Positions 45,943 through 54,916 of a stretch of 64,000 nt of DNA are shown here, piece by piece. Source of the DNA: a virus. Where the stretch lies: the IMG/VR virus record IMGVR_UViG_3300042691_027609. One strand, given 5' to 3'. How positions within the stretch are numbered: the first letter of the stretch is position 1; every line of letters starts with the position of its first letter. The notes beneath the pieces were generated by a model that was not told the origin of the DNA, ran no database searches, and saw nothing but the letters and a program-made list of their open reading frames with translations. Made by a program: the position numbers and the translations under genes.

Positions 45943-46893
45943 TTGCAAATTTATAGTATGGATAATAGTAAATACATCTTAGGACTACTCGAATCGGTTT
46001 TAGGTAAATCAAAACCCGACAAAAATGGAGCTGATCATATGTTCCATTGTCCGGTGTGCAAACATAAAAAGCCAAAATTAGTGGTAAACATAAAAACAGG
46101 TCAATATAACTGTTGGACTTGTCATCCTCCTACCAAAGGTAAATCTCCTGTTTCATTATTAAAAAAATTGGGAATAAGTGTAGACAAGCAAAAAGAAATG
46201 AAAAGCTATTTCGATGGAGATAAAACCGTTATAGAAAAACCAGATTTTGAATCTGTTGAATTACCAAAAGAATTTGTACCGTTAAGTATAATACCAAAAG
46301 GTATAAACATAGAACATAGACACGCTATAAGTTATCTCAAAAATCGTAAGATAACTGATCACGATATTGTAAAATACAATATTGGATATTGCTCATCGGG
46401 TCGATATAGAAATAGGATTATTGTGCCTTCATATGACAAATCTGGTAAGCTGAATTATTTTATAGCCAGATCATTTGAAAAAGATGCAAGACTTAAATAT
46501 GACGCTCCAAGCTGCTCAAAAACTGACATAATAGGGTTCGAATACTATATAAATTGGAAAATTCCAGTTATTCTGTGCGAAGGTTCTTTTGACGCTATCG
46601 CGATAAAAAGAAATGCTATACCGTTATTTGGAAAAACAATACCAAAAGCCTTAATGCTAAGATTGGCTCAATCTGAAGTTAAGACGGTGTACATCGCATT
46701 AGATAACGATGCGCTAGAGGAAGCCTTAACGTATGCTGAAAATTTAATTAATATGGGAAAAGAAGTCTATCTAATAGAATTAGGAGGAAAAGACCCTTCT
46801 GATCTGGGATTTGAAGCTATGATAAAACTTTTGCACAACGCAAAACAGCTAACATTCGCAGATTTATTTACCAAAAAAATGCAATTAGTATGA
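45943..46893 (+). CDS. DNA primase (zinc finger plus TOPRIM)
   Basis: CPVC...CWTC zinc finger; RIIVP; ILCEGSFDA; ALDND; KDPS. Confidence 0.9.
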   Translation: MQIYSMDNSKYILGLLESVLGKSKPDKNGADHMFHCPVCKHKKPKLVVNIKTGQYNCWTCHPPTKGKSPVSLLKKLGISVDKQKEMKSYFDGDKTVIEKPDFESVELPKEFVPLSIIPKGINIEHRHAISYLKNRKITDHDIVKYNIGYCSSGRYRNRIIVPSYDKSGKLNYFIARSFEKDARLKYDAPSCSKTDIIGFEYYINWKIPVILCEGSFDAIAIKRNAIPLFGKTIPKALMLRLAQSEVKTVYIALDNDALEEALTYAENLINMGKEVYLIELGGKDPSDLGFEAMIKLLHNAKQLTFADLFTKKMQLV

Positions 46894-47678
46894 TTCAAAA
46901 ATCAAGTAATATCTTTAAAGATAAACGCTTAAAAATGATCGTGGAAACCGATCCTGAACTTAGACAAATCACATTACCAGACGCGAGATACTATCAGAGA
47001 TCTCCTGGGGTTTTCTATCCATCTGTAACAACTATTTTAGGATATTTTCCTAAAGGAGCTTTTTTTGAAACATGGCTAAAAGACACAGGACATAATGCAG
47101 ATATAGTTATGAGAAGAGCTGGCGATGAGGGAAATCAAGTACATCATGCTGCAGAAAAGATCCTCAAAGGAGAAGAAGTAAGGTGGATTGATCACGATGG
47201 ACATGTAAATTATAATACTCATGTGTGGAAAATGATATTAGGGTTTTATGATTTTTGGACAACGTACAAACCAGAACTACTAATGTCTGAAGAATTTATG
47301 TATTCTGATACTCACAAATATTCTGGGACTCTTGATCTATTAGTTAAGTTGAATGGAGAGATATGGGTTATTGATATTAAAACATCTACAATGATTCACA
47401 ATAGTTATTTTTTACAAATGGCAGCATACACTAAAGCGTATGAAGAAACATTTGGTCAAAAAGTAGATAGAACAGGCGTACTGTGGTTAAAGTCAAGTAA
47501 AAGAGGTGCAGATAAAACAGGCAAAAGAATTCAAGGAAACGGATGGGAATTAAAAGAAGGCGATAAACCTATAGACGATTATTTTAAAATGTTTTTACAC
47601 ACATACGAAACGTACAGAATGATGAATCCTGAACAAGAAATAGAAATGCTTACATTACCTAACAGCATTAAGTTATAA
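46890..47678 (+). CDS. PD-(D/E)XK exonuclease
   Basis: YPSVTTIL, GNQVH, YSGTLDL, VIDIKTS, LQMAAY. Confidence 0.9.
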   Translation: MIQKSSNIFKDKRLKMIVETDPELRQITLPDARYYQRSPGVFYPSVTTILGYFPKGAFFETWLKDTGHNADIVMRRAGDEGNQVHHAAEKILKGEEVRWIDHDGHVNYNTHVWKMILGFYDFWTTYKPELLMSEEFMYSDTHKYSGTLDLLVKLNGEIWVIDIKTSTMIHNSYFLQMAAYTKAYEETFGQKVDRTGVLWLKSSKRGADKTGKRIQGNGWELKEGDKPIDDYFKMFLHTYETYRMMNPEQEIEMLTLPNSIKL

Positions 47679-47695
47679 GTCTAATATTTATATGT

Positions 47696-48499
47696 ATGAT
47701 ATCGCTAAAATCTCTATTCTTAGAAGAAAAAAATAACAAACCACTAGCTATTTTTATGGCAGGTTCTGCTGGAGCAGGTAAAACATCTTTTAGAAAAGAG
47801 TATATTGACACTATTGGAGATTTTATTGTACTAAATATAGACGATATCTATGAACCTCTTTTACAAAAGTCAGATTTGCCATTGGATTTTAGAAAGTATA
47901 CATCACCAGAACAACTATCAGCAGCGGCTAAAGCAATGGGATCTGCGCAAAAAATGCACAAACAAAGATATGAAAAATCGAAAACAGATTTAAAAGATAT
48001 AATTATTGATGGTACTGGTGCATCTAAAAGAGAGGTGGCAAAGAAAAAACAGGAGCTAGAGTCTTTAGGTTATAAGACTATGATGGTTCTTGTATTTGTT
48101 ACGCCTGATATATCTCTAAGCAGGAATATTAGAAGAGGCGAAGAAGGAGGCAGAACATTAATGCCATCAATAATACTAAGAAGTTGGTCATCTTTATTTG
48201 ATAATATAAAAGATTATGAGAATTTGTTTGGAAAAAATCTTATAGTCTATAAAGCTTACGATGAGACGGATGTAGAGTTCCCAAACTTCGATCCATCAAA
48301 TCCAGAAATAAAAAGAAAATTTTTCGATCCATTTAAAGTACGAGGCAAAGAAAAAACGCCTGAAGAAAAAGCTGAGTCTTTGGCGAAAATAAAAGCTATG
48401 AACGATAAGATATTATCGCAAATTAAAAATATAAACCAATTAAGTTTCGATGATCCACAAACAATAGTAAAAAAGCTAAATAATTTTGTTAATGCGTGA
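47696..48499 (+). CDS. P-loop kinase (zeta/AAA_33-like) with leader
   Basis: MAGSAGAGKT, NIDD, IIDGTG, SLSRNIRR; MISLKSLFLEE. Confidence 0.8.
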   Translation: MISLKSLFLEEKNNKPLAIFMAGSAGAGKTSFRKEYIDTIGDFIVLNIDDIYEPLLQKSDLPLDFRKYTSPEQLSAAAKAMGSAQKMHKQRYEKSKTDLKDIIIDGTGASKREVAKKKQELESLGYKTMMVLVFVTPDISLSRNIRRGEEGGRTLMPSIILRSWSSLFDNIKDYENLFGKNLIVYKAYDETDVEFPNFDPSNPEIKRKFFDPFKVRGKEKTPEEKAESLAKIKAMNDKILSQIKNINQLSFDDPQTIVKKLNNFVNA

Positions 48500-49082
48500 T
48501 TATTCACTAATAGGAAAAGAGATCATTGAGGATATACTAAAAGAAGTTAACGAATTAACAGGACCTTGTTTTTATCCCGGAAAATTTAAACCTCCTCATA
48601 AAGGTCATTTTGAAGCCGCTAAATATTTGGCAAATCAACCAAATGTTAATATGGTATATGTTATAATAAGTAACGTATCTAAATTTGGAATAACATCAAA
48701 AGACAGTTTAAAAATATGGCAAGATTATTTATTGTCTGAACCAAATAGTAAAATACGCGTTAAAGAATCAACAGAAGGCACACCAATAAAAGATATATTT
48801 AGGTACATAGAACAGAATCCTGAAGTAAAAACGATATACGTTGGAGCTGCAAAAGAAGAGGCTGAAAATCTTGGATACTTTTCAAAACTTAAAGAAAAAT
48901 ACCCAGAAAAAGTAAAGCAAATAGTTATACCAGATCAATTTGACAGAATAAGCGCAACGCAAATGCGACAAGCTCTAAAAAACGGAGATTTTGAAGCATT
49001 CGCAAAATTTTTACCGGATTCAGCTTATAATAAGGGCATAACTAAAAAAGTTTTTGGTTTACTAACCAAGATAATAAAATGA
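48486..49082 (+). CDS. HxGH nucleotidyltransferase (cytidylyltransferase/NMNAT-like)
   Basis: PGKFKPPHKGH and ISATQMR motifs; EDILKEV leader. Confidence 0.85.
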   Translation: MLMRDYSLIGKEIIEDILKEVNELTGPCFYPGKFKPPHKGHFEAAKYLANQPNVNMVYVIISNVSKFGITSKDSLKIWQDYLLSEPNSKIRVKESTEGTPIKDIFRYIEQNPEVKTIYVGAAKEEAENLGYFSKLKEKYPEKVKQIVIPDQFDRISATQMRQALKNGDFEAFAKFLPDSAYNKGITKKVFGLLTKIIK

Positions 49083-49963
49083 CGCCAGAAGAAAAAACAT
49101 CTATAATAAAAGATTTTTTACTGTTCTGTAAACAGTATTTAAACATCGATAAGCTTCCTAAAATGGTGTTTTTTGATGATGATAAGTGGGCTAAAGAAAA
49201 TACGAGTTTTGGTAAATACGATCCAAGAATCAATACATTATACGTTTATATAGGTAAAAGAAATTTAGCAGATATACTAAGAACACTATCCCACGAATTA
49301 GTTCATCACAAACAAAATGAAGATAGCATGCTTTATATGGGTGCAGGCGGTGATGGAACTAATATCGAAAACGAAGCAAACGCAGTGTCAGGAATGATTA
49401 TGAGAAAATACGGAGCAAAAAACAATATGATATATGAATCTCGTTTACTAGAAATTCTAGAAATGAGCAAACCTACGAGGTTCAATATATTTTGTGACAT
49501 GGATGGAGTCTTATGCGATTTTGAAAAACAGTTCGATCACTACTACGGAGTGTTACCGAGAGAATACGCCAATGAAAAAGGTCCAGAAATACTGAAAAAA
49601 GCTATCGATGATGTTGGAATCAAATATTGGTCAGAGATGCCATGGTTTCCAGGAGCTGAAAAACTATGGGCATACATAGCAGATTATTCTCCGATGATAT
49701 TATCGAGTCCCAGTAAATTCAAATATGCTGAACAAGGTAAATTATTGTGGATTAAAAATAATCTGAATCCCCAACCAAAAGACATCATATTTGAACAAAC
49801 AGGAAACAAGCATATAGTATTAAATAATTACGAACCTAAAAATTCTATACTAATAGATGATTATTATAGAAATACAATTCCATGGAGAGATGCTGGTGGA
49901 ATAGGAATTAGACATACAGATGCAGACAAAACAATTTCAATACTTCAAAAATTTGGTTTATGA
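49079..49963 (+). CDS. Fusion: zincin metallopeptidase plus HAD 5'(3')-deoxyribonucleotidase
   Basis: RTLSHELVHHKQ...ENEAN; IFCDMDGVLCDF, LSSP, LIDDY, AGGIGI. Confidence 0.85.
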   Translation: MTPEEKTSIIKDFLLFCKQYLNIDKLPKMVFFDDDKWAKENTSFGKYDPRINTLYVYIGKRNLADILRTLSHELVHHKQNEDSMLYMGAGGDGTNIENEANAVSGMIMRKYGAKNNMIYESRLLEILEMSKPTRFNIFCDMDGVLCDFEKQFDHYYGVLPREYANEKGPEILKKAIDDVGIKYWSEMPWFPGAEKLWAYIADYSPMILSSPSKFKYAEQGKLLWIKNNLNPQPKDIIFEQTGNKHIVLNNYEPKNSILIDDYYRNTIPWRDAGGIGIRHTDADKTISILQKFGL

Positions 49964-50520
49964 GTTTAAAAAGAGAGTTTAATAAGAGTACGGTACAAAG
50001 AATGCGTAATATAATTACAGGTAACGCAGGAGATCGTACGCAGATACAGTCTGGATATGAGAAGGACATTAAAGATCGTACAGATGGAGAAATCTGGGAA
50101 GAGAACGGAAAAAAGTGGACAATTAAAAATGGAATTAAACAATCTATAACAAAGATAGATAAAATAAAAAACTTGGCTATCATGCCATTATTATGTCCTA
50201 ATTGTAAAAAGCCATTACGCACAGATCAAGTTAATAAAAAAATGTATGCTATACATAAAATGTGTTTAGATTGCGTAGCAGAAATGGAAACAAAAATAAA
50301 ACTAGAGGGCAAATGGGAAGATTATGCTAGTAATATCGTTAATAATAATAAAAATGCTAGTCTTGAAGATTTTGAAATGGCTTTAGAATCGTGGATGAAA
50401 GAAAACAATACATTTGTAACAGAAAATGGAGATATAGAAGATTGGTCAAAAATAGATAAAACTAAAGTTTACAGTGAAATAAAATCGAATATAGAAAAAC
50501 TTAAAAACACTAAAATTTAA
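49960..50520 (+). CDS. Zinc-finger phage protein
   Basis: CPNC...CLDC; GEIWEENGKKW. Confidence 0.75.
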   Translation: MSLKREFNKSTVQRMRNIITGNAGDRTQIQSGYEKDIKDRTDGEIWEENGKKWTIKNGIKQSITKIDKIKNLAIMPLLCPNCKKPLRTDQVNKKMYAIHKMCLDCVAEMETKIKLEGKWEDYASNIVNNNKNASLEDFEMALESWMKENNTFVTENGDIEDWSKIDKTKVYSEIKSNIEKLKNTKI

Positions 50521-50538
50521 AATATTTATTAAAAACAC

Positions 50539-51171
50539 ATGCCTTATTCTATAGATAGAAAAAACAAGTGCGTTTATAAAAAGAAATCAGACGGATCAAG
50601 GGGCGAAAAAGTTGGATGCACAAAAGGAAATTTAAATGACTATATAGCAGCTTTACAAATACATGCAGAAATGAAAACAAACAAAAAGAAACAATTGAAA
50701 GAATCTGAAAATCCAGTTATACCTGGAGCGATAAATCAACTATTCGTTGTCCAAAAACCATATTCAGGTTGTCAATTAACATCATTAGTAAAACCAATAG
50801 ATCCTTTAATGGGTATCGGAGCAGGACATCAACTAGCGCCTGACCAGGTTCACGCTACTTTTGCAGACGAAGATATGGCAAAAGATGTTGCAAACGAATT
50901 ATACGAAGAATACGGAAAAAAACAAAAAGCACTCGAAGAAAAAAAAGGCACTGTTACAGATAAACTAAAAAAAGCCATTGATACTCTTGAAAAGAAGCGT
51001 AAAGAGCACATGGATATGGCTAAAGAAGATCCAAAAAGTGCTTCTAAACACAAAGAGCATATAGCACAAATAATGGATAAAGTAGACGATCTTATGACAA
51101 AACTTGAACAAATAGAAAAGTCTAAAAAACCAGAAGAAAACAAAAAGAAAACCGAAAAAGATAAAAAATAA
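50539..51171 (+). CDS. Late hypothetical protein
   Basis: Late motif upstream; internal QLKES; C-terminal coiled coil. Confidence 0.7.
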   Translation: MPYSIDRKNKCVYKKKSDGSRGEKVGCTKGNLNDYIAALQIHAEMKTNKKKQLKESENPVIPGAINQLFVVQKPYSGCQLTSLVKPIDPLMGIGAGHQLAPDQVHATFADEDMAKDVANELYEEYGKKQKALEEKKGTVTDKLKKAIDTLEKKRKEHMDMAKEDPKSASKHKEHIAQIMDKVDDLMTKLEQIEKSKKPEENKKKTEKDKK

Positions 51172-51542
51172 TGGAACAATTAACACTTTTTATAGGCACA
51201 TTACTACAGTCTAGAAATCAAGCTCACATATACCATTGGCAAGTTAATGGACCTGGCTCCCATGCTGCACACGGTGCTCTTGGAGACTACTATGAAGGCA
51301 TCATTGGCAAGATTGATGATCTCGTAGAATCTATTCAGGGTAGATACGGGATCATTCGTGGATATAAAATGGCGGCAACATTAAGAGAAGACGATAATTT
51401 TGTCACTTATTTTGAAGCTTTATGCAAATTCGTAGAAACCACTAGAAAACAAATTCCACAAGATAGTTATATTCAAAATCAAGTGGATGAAATAGTATCT
51501 CTAATAGAGACCACTAAATATAAATTGGTTAATTTAAAGTAA
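51171..51542 (+). CDS. Ferritin/Dps-like four-helix protein (DUF5856-like)
   Basis: HIYHWQV, AHGALGDYYE, DDLVESIQG, TKYKL. Confidence 0.75.
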   Translation: MEQLTLFIGTLLQSRNQAHIYHWQVNGPGSHAAHGALGDYYEGIIGKIDDLVESIQGRYGIIRGYKMAATLREDDNFVTYFEALCKFVETTRKQIPQDSYIQNQVDEIVSLIETTKYKLVNLK

Positions 51543-52132
51543 TGAATTGCTGCACTCGCATAAAATTAGACGAAACTGTTAATCGATTATTATTATCAGA
51601 GGGTCTTTTGTATCATTTAGAAAAAGATATTCCACTAAACGAAAACATATATCGCCCGCAATCAGTAAAATATCTTGAACTATTTGAAGAATCAAGAAAA
51701 TTATACGAAGAAGGTAAATTAGATTTAGTAGAAGAGGATAAGTGGTATTTTGATAATACAGATCTCGGTAAATGGGGTAACTATAAAGGTGTTAGAGTGC
51801 CTCTTGATTATCCTATTACGCTTGATTTTTTATTAGAAGTAAAATATAAAAAGAAGAAAAAACAACCAGAATTAAATAAACCCAAACGTGGAGGATCAAA
51901 AAAATTCTACGTTTATGTTCGTAAACCGGGAGGAGGAATTAAAAAAGTTTCTTTCGGCGACACCACAGGATTATCTGCAAAAATAAATAATCCAGAAGCA
52001 AGAAGATCTTTCGCAGCAAGACATAAATGTTCTCAAGCGAAAGATAAAACAACCCCAAGATACTGGAGCTGTAGACTTCCAAGATATGCGAAGCTATTGG
52101 GATTAAAATCGAATTTTTCTGGATTTTGGTAA
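51542..52132 (+). CDS. Two-domain late protein; C-terminal basic domain (DUF5754-like)
   Basis: KKFYVYV...KKVSFGD...RRSFAARHKC...YWS. Confidence 0.7.
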   Translation: MNCCTRIKLDETVNRLLLSEGLLYHLEKDIPLNENIYRPQSVKYLELFEESRKLYEEGKLDLVEEDKWYFDNTDLGKWGNYKGVRVPLDYPITLDFLLEVKYKKKKKQPELNKPKRGGSKKFYVYVRKPGGGIKKVSFGDTTGLSAKINNPEARRSFAARHKCSQAKDKTTPRYWSCRLPRYAKLLGLKSNFSGFW

Positions 52133-52142
52133 AATATAATCA

Positions 52143-52364
52143 ATGATAATACCAATCGATAAAGCAAATCATTTTATAGCAGGAACAATCGTATATTGTC
52201 TTGCTATTTTGTTTTTGTCACCTATAGCGGCTTTAGTACCTGTTATAATGGTAGGAGTAGCGAAAGAATTGTATGATTTGTGGTCTGGAAAAGGAACACC
52301 TGATATTAACGATTTTTCATTCACTTTACTAGGAGCAATCCCAGTGTTAATAACTCATCTATGA
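52143..52364 (+). CDS. Small membrane protein (DKxxHF-type)
   Basis: DKANHFIAG...KELYD...TLLGA; hydrophobic. Confidence 0.7.
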   Translation: MIIPIDKANHFIAGTIVYCLAILFLSPIAALVPVIMVGVAKELYDLWSGKGTPDINDFSFTLLGAIPVLITHL

Positions 52365-52636
52365 AAATAAAAAGAATAATAGCTTTGCCATTTTTAATAG
52401 GAATACCATTTCCTATATTGTTTGCTAATTGGGATCATCAAGTGTGGTTTACTGTTTTAGCATATATCTTTGCTTTTATTGGAGCTGGTTTAGCGATGGA
52501 TTTTAAAGAGTATAAAATACAACCAAAATTTATCGGAAATGTTCCTGAAGATGGGATAAAACCTGTTATTAACCAAACTTGGATGATATTTTTTATATCG
52601 CTCGTAATCAATTTAACAATAGCTAACTTATTCTAA
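52361..52636 (+). CDS. Three-TM membrane protein, holin candidate
   Basis: Hydrophobic helices immediately upstream of the amidase. Confidence 0.45.
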   Translation: MKIKRIIALPFLIGIPFPILFANWDHQVWFTVLAYIFAFIGAGLAMDFKEYKIQPKFIGNVPEDGIKPVINQTWMIFFISLVINLTIANLF

Positions 52637-52638
52637 CC

Positions 52639-53298
52639 ATGAGATTAACACAAGCATCATTCCCAGCAGGACAATATATAGCTGAAGAACAACCCAAAAA
52701 ACAAATTTATATACATCATACAGCTGGTAACGCTAATCCGCATCAAGTATTTACGTATTGGGCTGGAAATCAAGAGCGTATTGCTACCTGCGTCACCGTA
52801 GGTGGTTTACCTAAAGCAGGAGACAACTGGATAGATGGTGAAGTAGTGCAAGGATTTAGTTCAAAATATTGGGCTTATCACTTAGGTCTTAAAGAATCAA
52901 CATTTCAAAAATTTAATTTACAATATAGATCATTAGACAAAACATCTATTGGCATTGAAATTTGTAATTGGGGACAATTAACTTATACGAATGGAAAATT
53001 TTACAATTATGTTAATAGAGAAGTTCCGGCTAGCGAAGTATGTGAACTATCTACACCTCATAGAGGACACAAATTTTATCACAACTATACTGACGCTCAA
53101 ATCGCCGCAGTAAAAGAGTTATTGATATTATGGAATCAAAAATATGGTATTCCTTTAACGTATTACGCAGATATTTGGGACGTTACGCCAAGAGCTCTTA
53201 AATGCGAATCAGGTGTTTTTACACATAATTCAGTTAGGTATGATAAGGTAGATGTATATCCGCATCCAAAACTTGTCGCGATGCTTCAATCACTATAA
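52639..53298 (+). CDS. N-acetylmuramoyl-L-alanine amidase (Amidase_2), probable endolysin
   Basis: IYIHHTAG, WAYHLG, SIGIEICN, YTDAQI, THN...KVD. Confidence 0.85.
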   Translation: MRLTQASFPAGQYIAEEQPKKQIYIHHTAGNANPHQVFTYWAGNQERIATCVTVGGLPKAGDNWIDGEVVQGFSSKYWAYHLGLKESTFQKFNLQYRSLDKTSIGIEICNWGQLTYTNGKFYNYVNREVPASEVCELSTPHRGHKFYHNYTDAQIAAVKELLILWNQKYGIPLTYYADIWDVTPRALKCESGVFTHNSVRYDKVDVYPHPKLVAMLQSL

Positions 53299-53607
53299 AT
53301 GAAACTAGCTAATATGAAACTTAAAAATTTATTTGAATTAGTAGGAACTAAAATCATAACTAAACAAACCTCAATAGATCCAAATACAGGAAAAATATCA
53401 TGGGATGTTGAGTATGAACCTGATTTTACTGATGTATTAAACAGTTTTAATACACTAATTGAAGATTTAGATAATACAATAAAAAAACACGGAATTAGAG
53501 ACGCATCAATAATAACTTCATTGAAAGCACTAAGAGCGACAAAATCTGCCCTACTAAAAACATTGCAATCCAAGTATCCAGAATACATAAAAGATTACAA
53601 AAACTAA
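53299..53607 (+). CDS. Putative virion-internal protein with leader
   Basis: MKLKNLFE. Confidence 0.65.
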   Translation: MKLANMKLKNLFELVGTKIITKQTSIDPNTGKISWDVEYEPDFTDVLNSFNTLIEDLDNTIKKHGIRDASIITSLKALRATKSALLKTLQSKYPEYIKDYKN

Positions 53608-53625
53608 CAATTATATCCCAAACCA

Positions 53626-53886
53626 ATGAGGCCGTATAACGACCTAGAAGTTACAGAAGACTATGTCATAAGAGAGTTTGATCAAAACATTGATCCCATT
53701 GAGTTAATGTGGCATAGAGATCAAGAAGATAGAGTAGTTCAATCCATCACTTCAACAGACTGGCAATTACAATTAGACAATAGTTTACCTATTTCTTTAA
53801 ATAATTCGATATTTATACCAAAGCATTTATGGCATCGAGTAATAAAAGGAAGCAATACACTGAAAATAAAGATAGCAAAACTCTAG
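53626..53886 (+). CDS. Cupin-fold protein
   Basis: WHRD...W.LQLD...IFIPKHLWHRVIKG. Confidence 0.75.
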   Translation: MRPYNDLEVTEDYVIREFDQNIDPIELMWHRDQEDRVVQSITSTDWQLQLDNSLPISLNNSIFIPKHLWHRVIKGSNTLKIKIAKL

Positions 53887-54143
53887 ATTTTCAACTAGTT
53901 TCTCTATTAATCGAAGCAGAAAGAACAAAAGGCGGTGTAAAGGTCAAAGCTGCATATCTAACAAAAGATAAATCAGCGATGAAAAAAGAAATAGATAGAG
54001 TTAAAAAATTGAAGTCAGACGATCCATCTGCATACAATAAATGGGATGCTGATTACGCTGACAAAGATAAAACAAAAAAATACAAAACAAAAAAATCGGC
54101 CGCTACTACAGCATACGAAAAAAGATTTGGTAAGAAAAAATGA
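53829..54143 (+). CDS. Basic late protein
   Basis: Late motif at 53809 within the upstream gene; SLLIEAE. Confidence 0.65.
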   Translation: MASSNKRKQYTENKDSKTLDFQLVSLLIEAERTKGGVKVKAAYLTKDKSAMKKEIDRVKKLKSDDPSAYNKWDADYADKDKTKKYKTKKSAATTAYEKRFGKKK

Positions 54144-54421
54144 TAAGTCTACTTAGATTACTTTTAGAGTACGATGACAATGTAGAAAAAGCATTGTCAA
54201 ATAAAGCTAAAGCCACAAAAATATCTAAGACTATACTTAAACAAGTATATGAAAAGGGACTTAGTGCGTGGAAAGGAGGACATAGACCTGGAGTTAGTCA
54301 ACACCAATGGGCTATGGGAAGAGTAAATTCGTTCGTTACTGGAAAAGGTGGATCAAGAAAAGTTGATAAGGAATTATGGAAAAAAGCAAGAAAAAGTAAA
54401 CAGAAAAAATCAAAAAAATGA
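54140..54421 (+). CDS. DUF5824-like basic protein with leader
   Basis: ILKQVYEKGLSAWKGGHRPGVSQHQWAMGRVNSF; MISLLRLLLE. Confidence 0.75.
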   Translation: MISLLRLLLEYDDNVEKALSNKAKATKISKTILKQVYEKGLSAWKGGHRPGVSQHQWAMGRVNSFVTGKGGSRKVDKELWKKARKSKQKKSKK

Positions 54422-54903
54422 TAAAGTTAAAAAATCTATTAAACGAAGTATCATATGATAAATCGGGTTTAGAAAAACCTCATTTAGCAGATAGAAATAA
54501 AGATAAAAAAATCTCTTCTTGGGAAAAAAAGGTGGCTTCAAAAATCGAAAAAAATGTCGATGAGGGAGCTCCTCAAGACGAGTACATGATTGGCACGAAA
54601 AAGTATTCAGTGGGCAGACCCCAACAATATCCAGAAATGTGTCAAGAGTGTGGAACAAAAATGTATGAAGGCGCATGTATGGAGTGCGATTACATGGATC
54701 AATCGTCAGAAATGTCGTCAGATCATGAAGTTGGAATGGCGCAAAATCTACTACAAGATATTATTCGAAACGCACAAGAGTTAATGCAAAAAATAGGAAA
54801 TCAAGAAATAAACCTTCCAGGTTGGATACAAGATCACATATCACAAGCTCAAAACTATATTGATCAAGCCAATGTTGGATATCATACTTTAGGAGAAGAT
54901 TAA
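54418..54903 (+). CDS. Modular late protein (leader, CxxC-CxxC finger, helical domain)
   Basis: MIKLKNLLNE; CQEC...CMEC; DHEVGMA...LPGWIQ. Confidence 0.75.
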   Translation: MIKLKNLLNEVSYDKSGLEKPHLADRNKDKKISSWEKKVASKIEKNVDEGAPQDEYMIGTKKYSVGRPQQYPEMCQECGTKMYEGACMECDYMDQSSEMSSDHEVGMAQNLLQDIIRNAQELMQKIGNQEINLPGWIQDHISQAQNYIDQANVGYHTLGED

Positions 54904-54916
54904 AATTGACAGCGTA

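Noticed and set aside
45797-46075. Minus-strand 92-aa ORF
   Set aside because: Antisense to the primase start and runs through AT-rich promoter DNA.
47696-48499. Zeta toxin-antitoxin module, or the 5-hmdU DNA kinase for the aGPT-Pplase genes
   Set aside because: No epsilon-like partner; generic P-loop kinase 23 kb from the transferases, with no specific evidence for either role.
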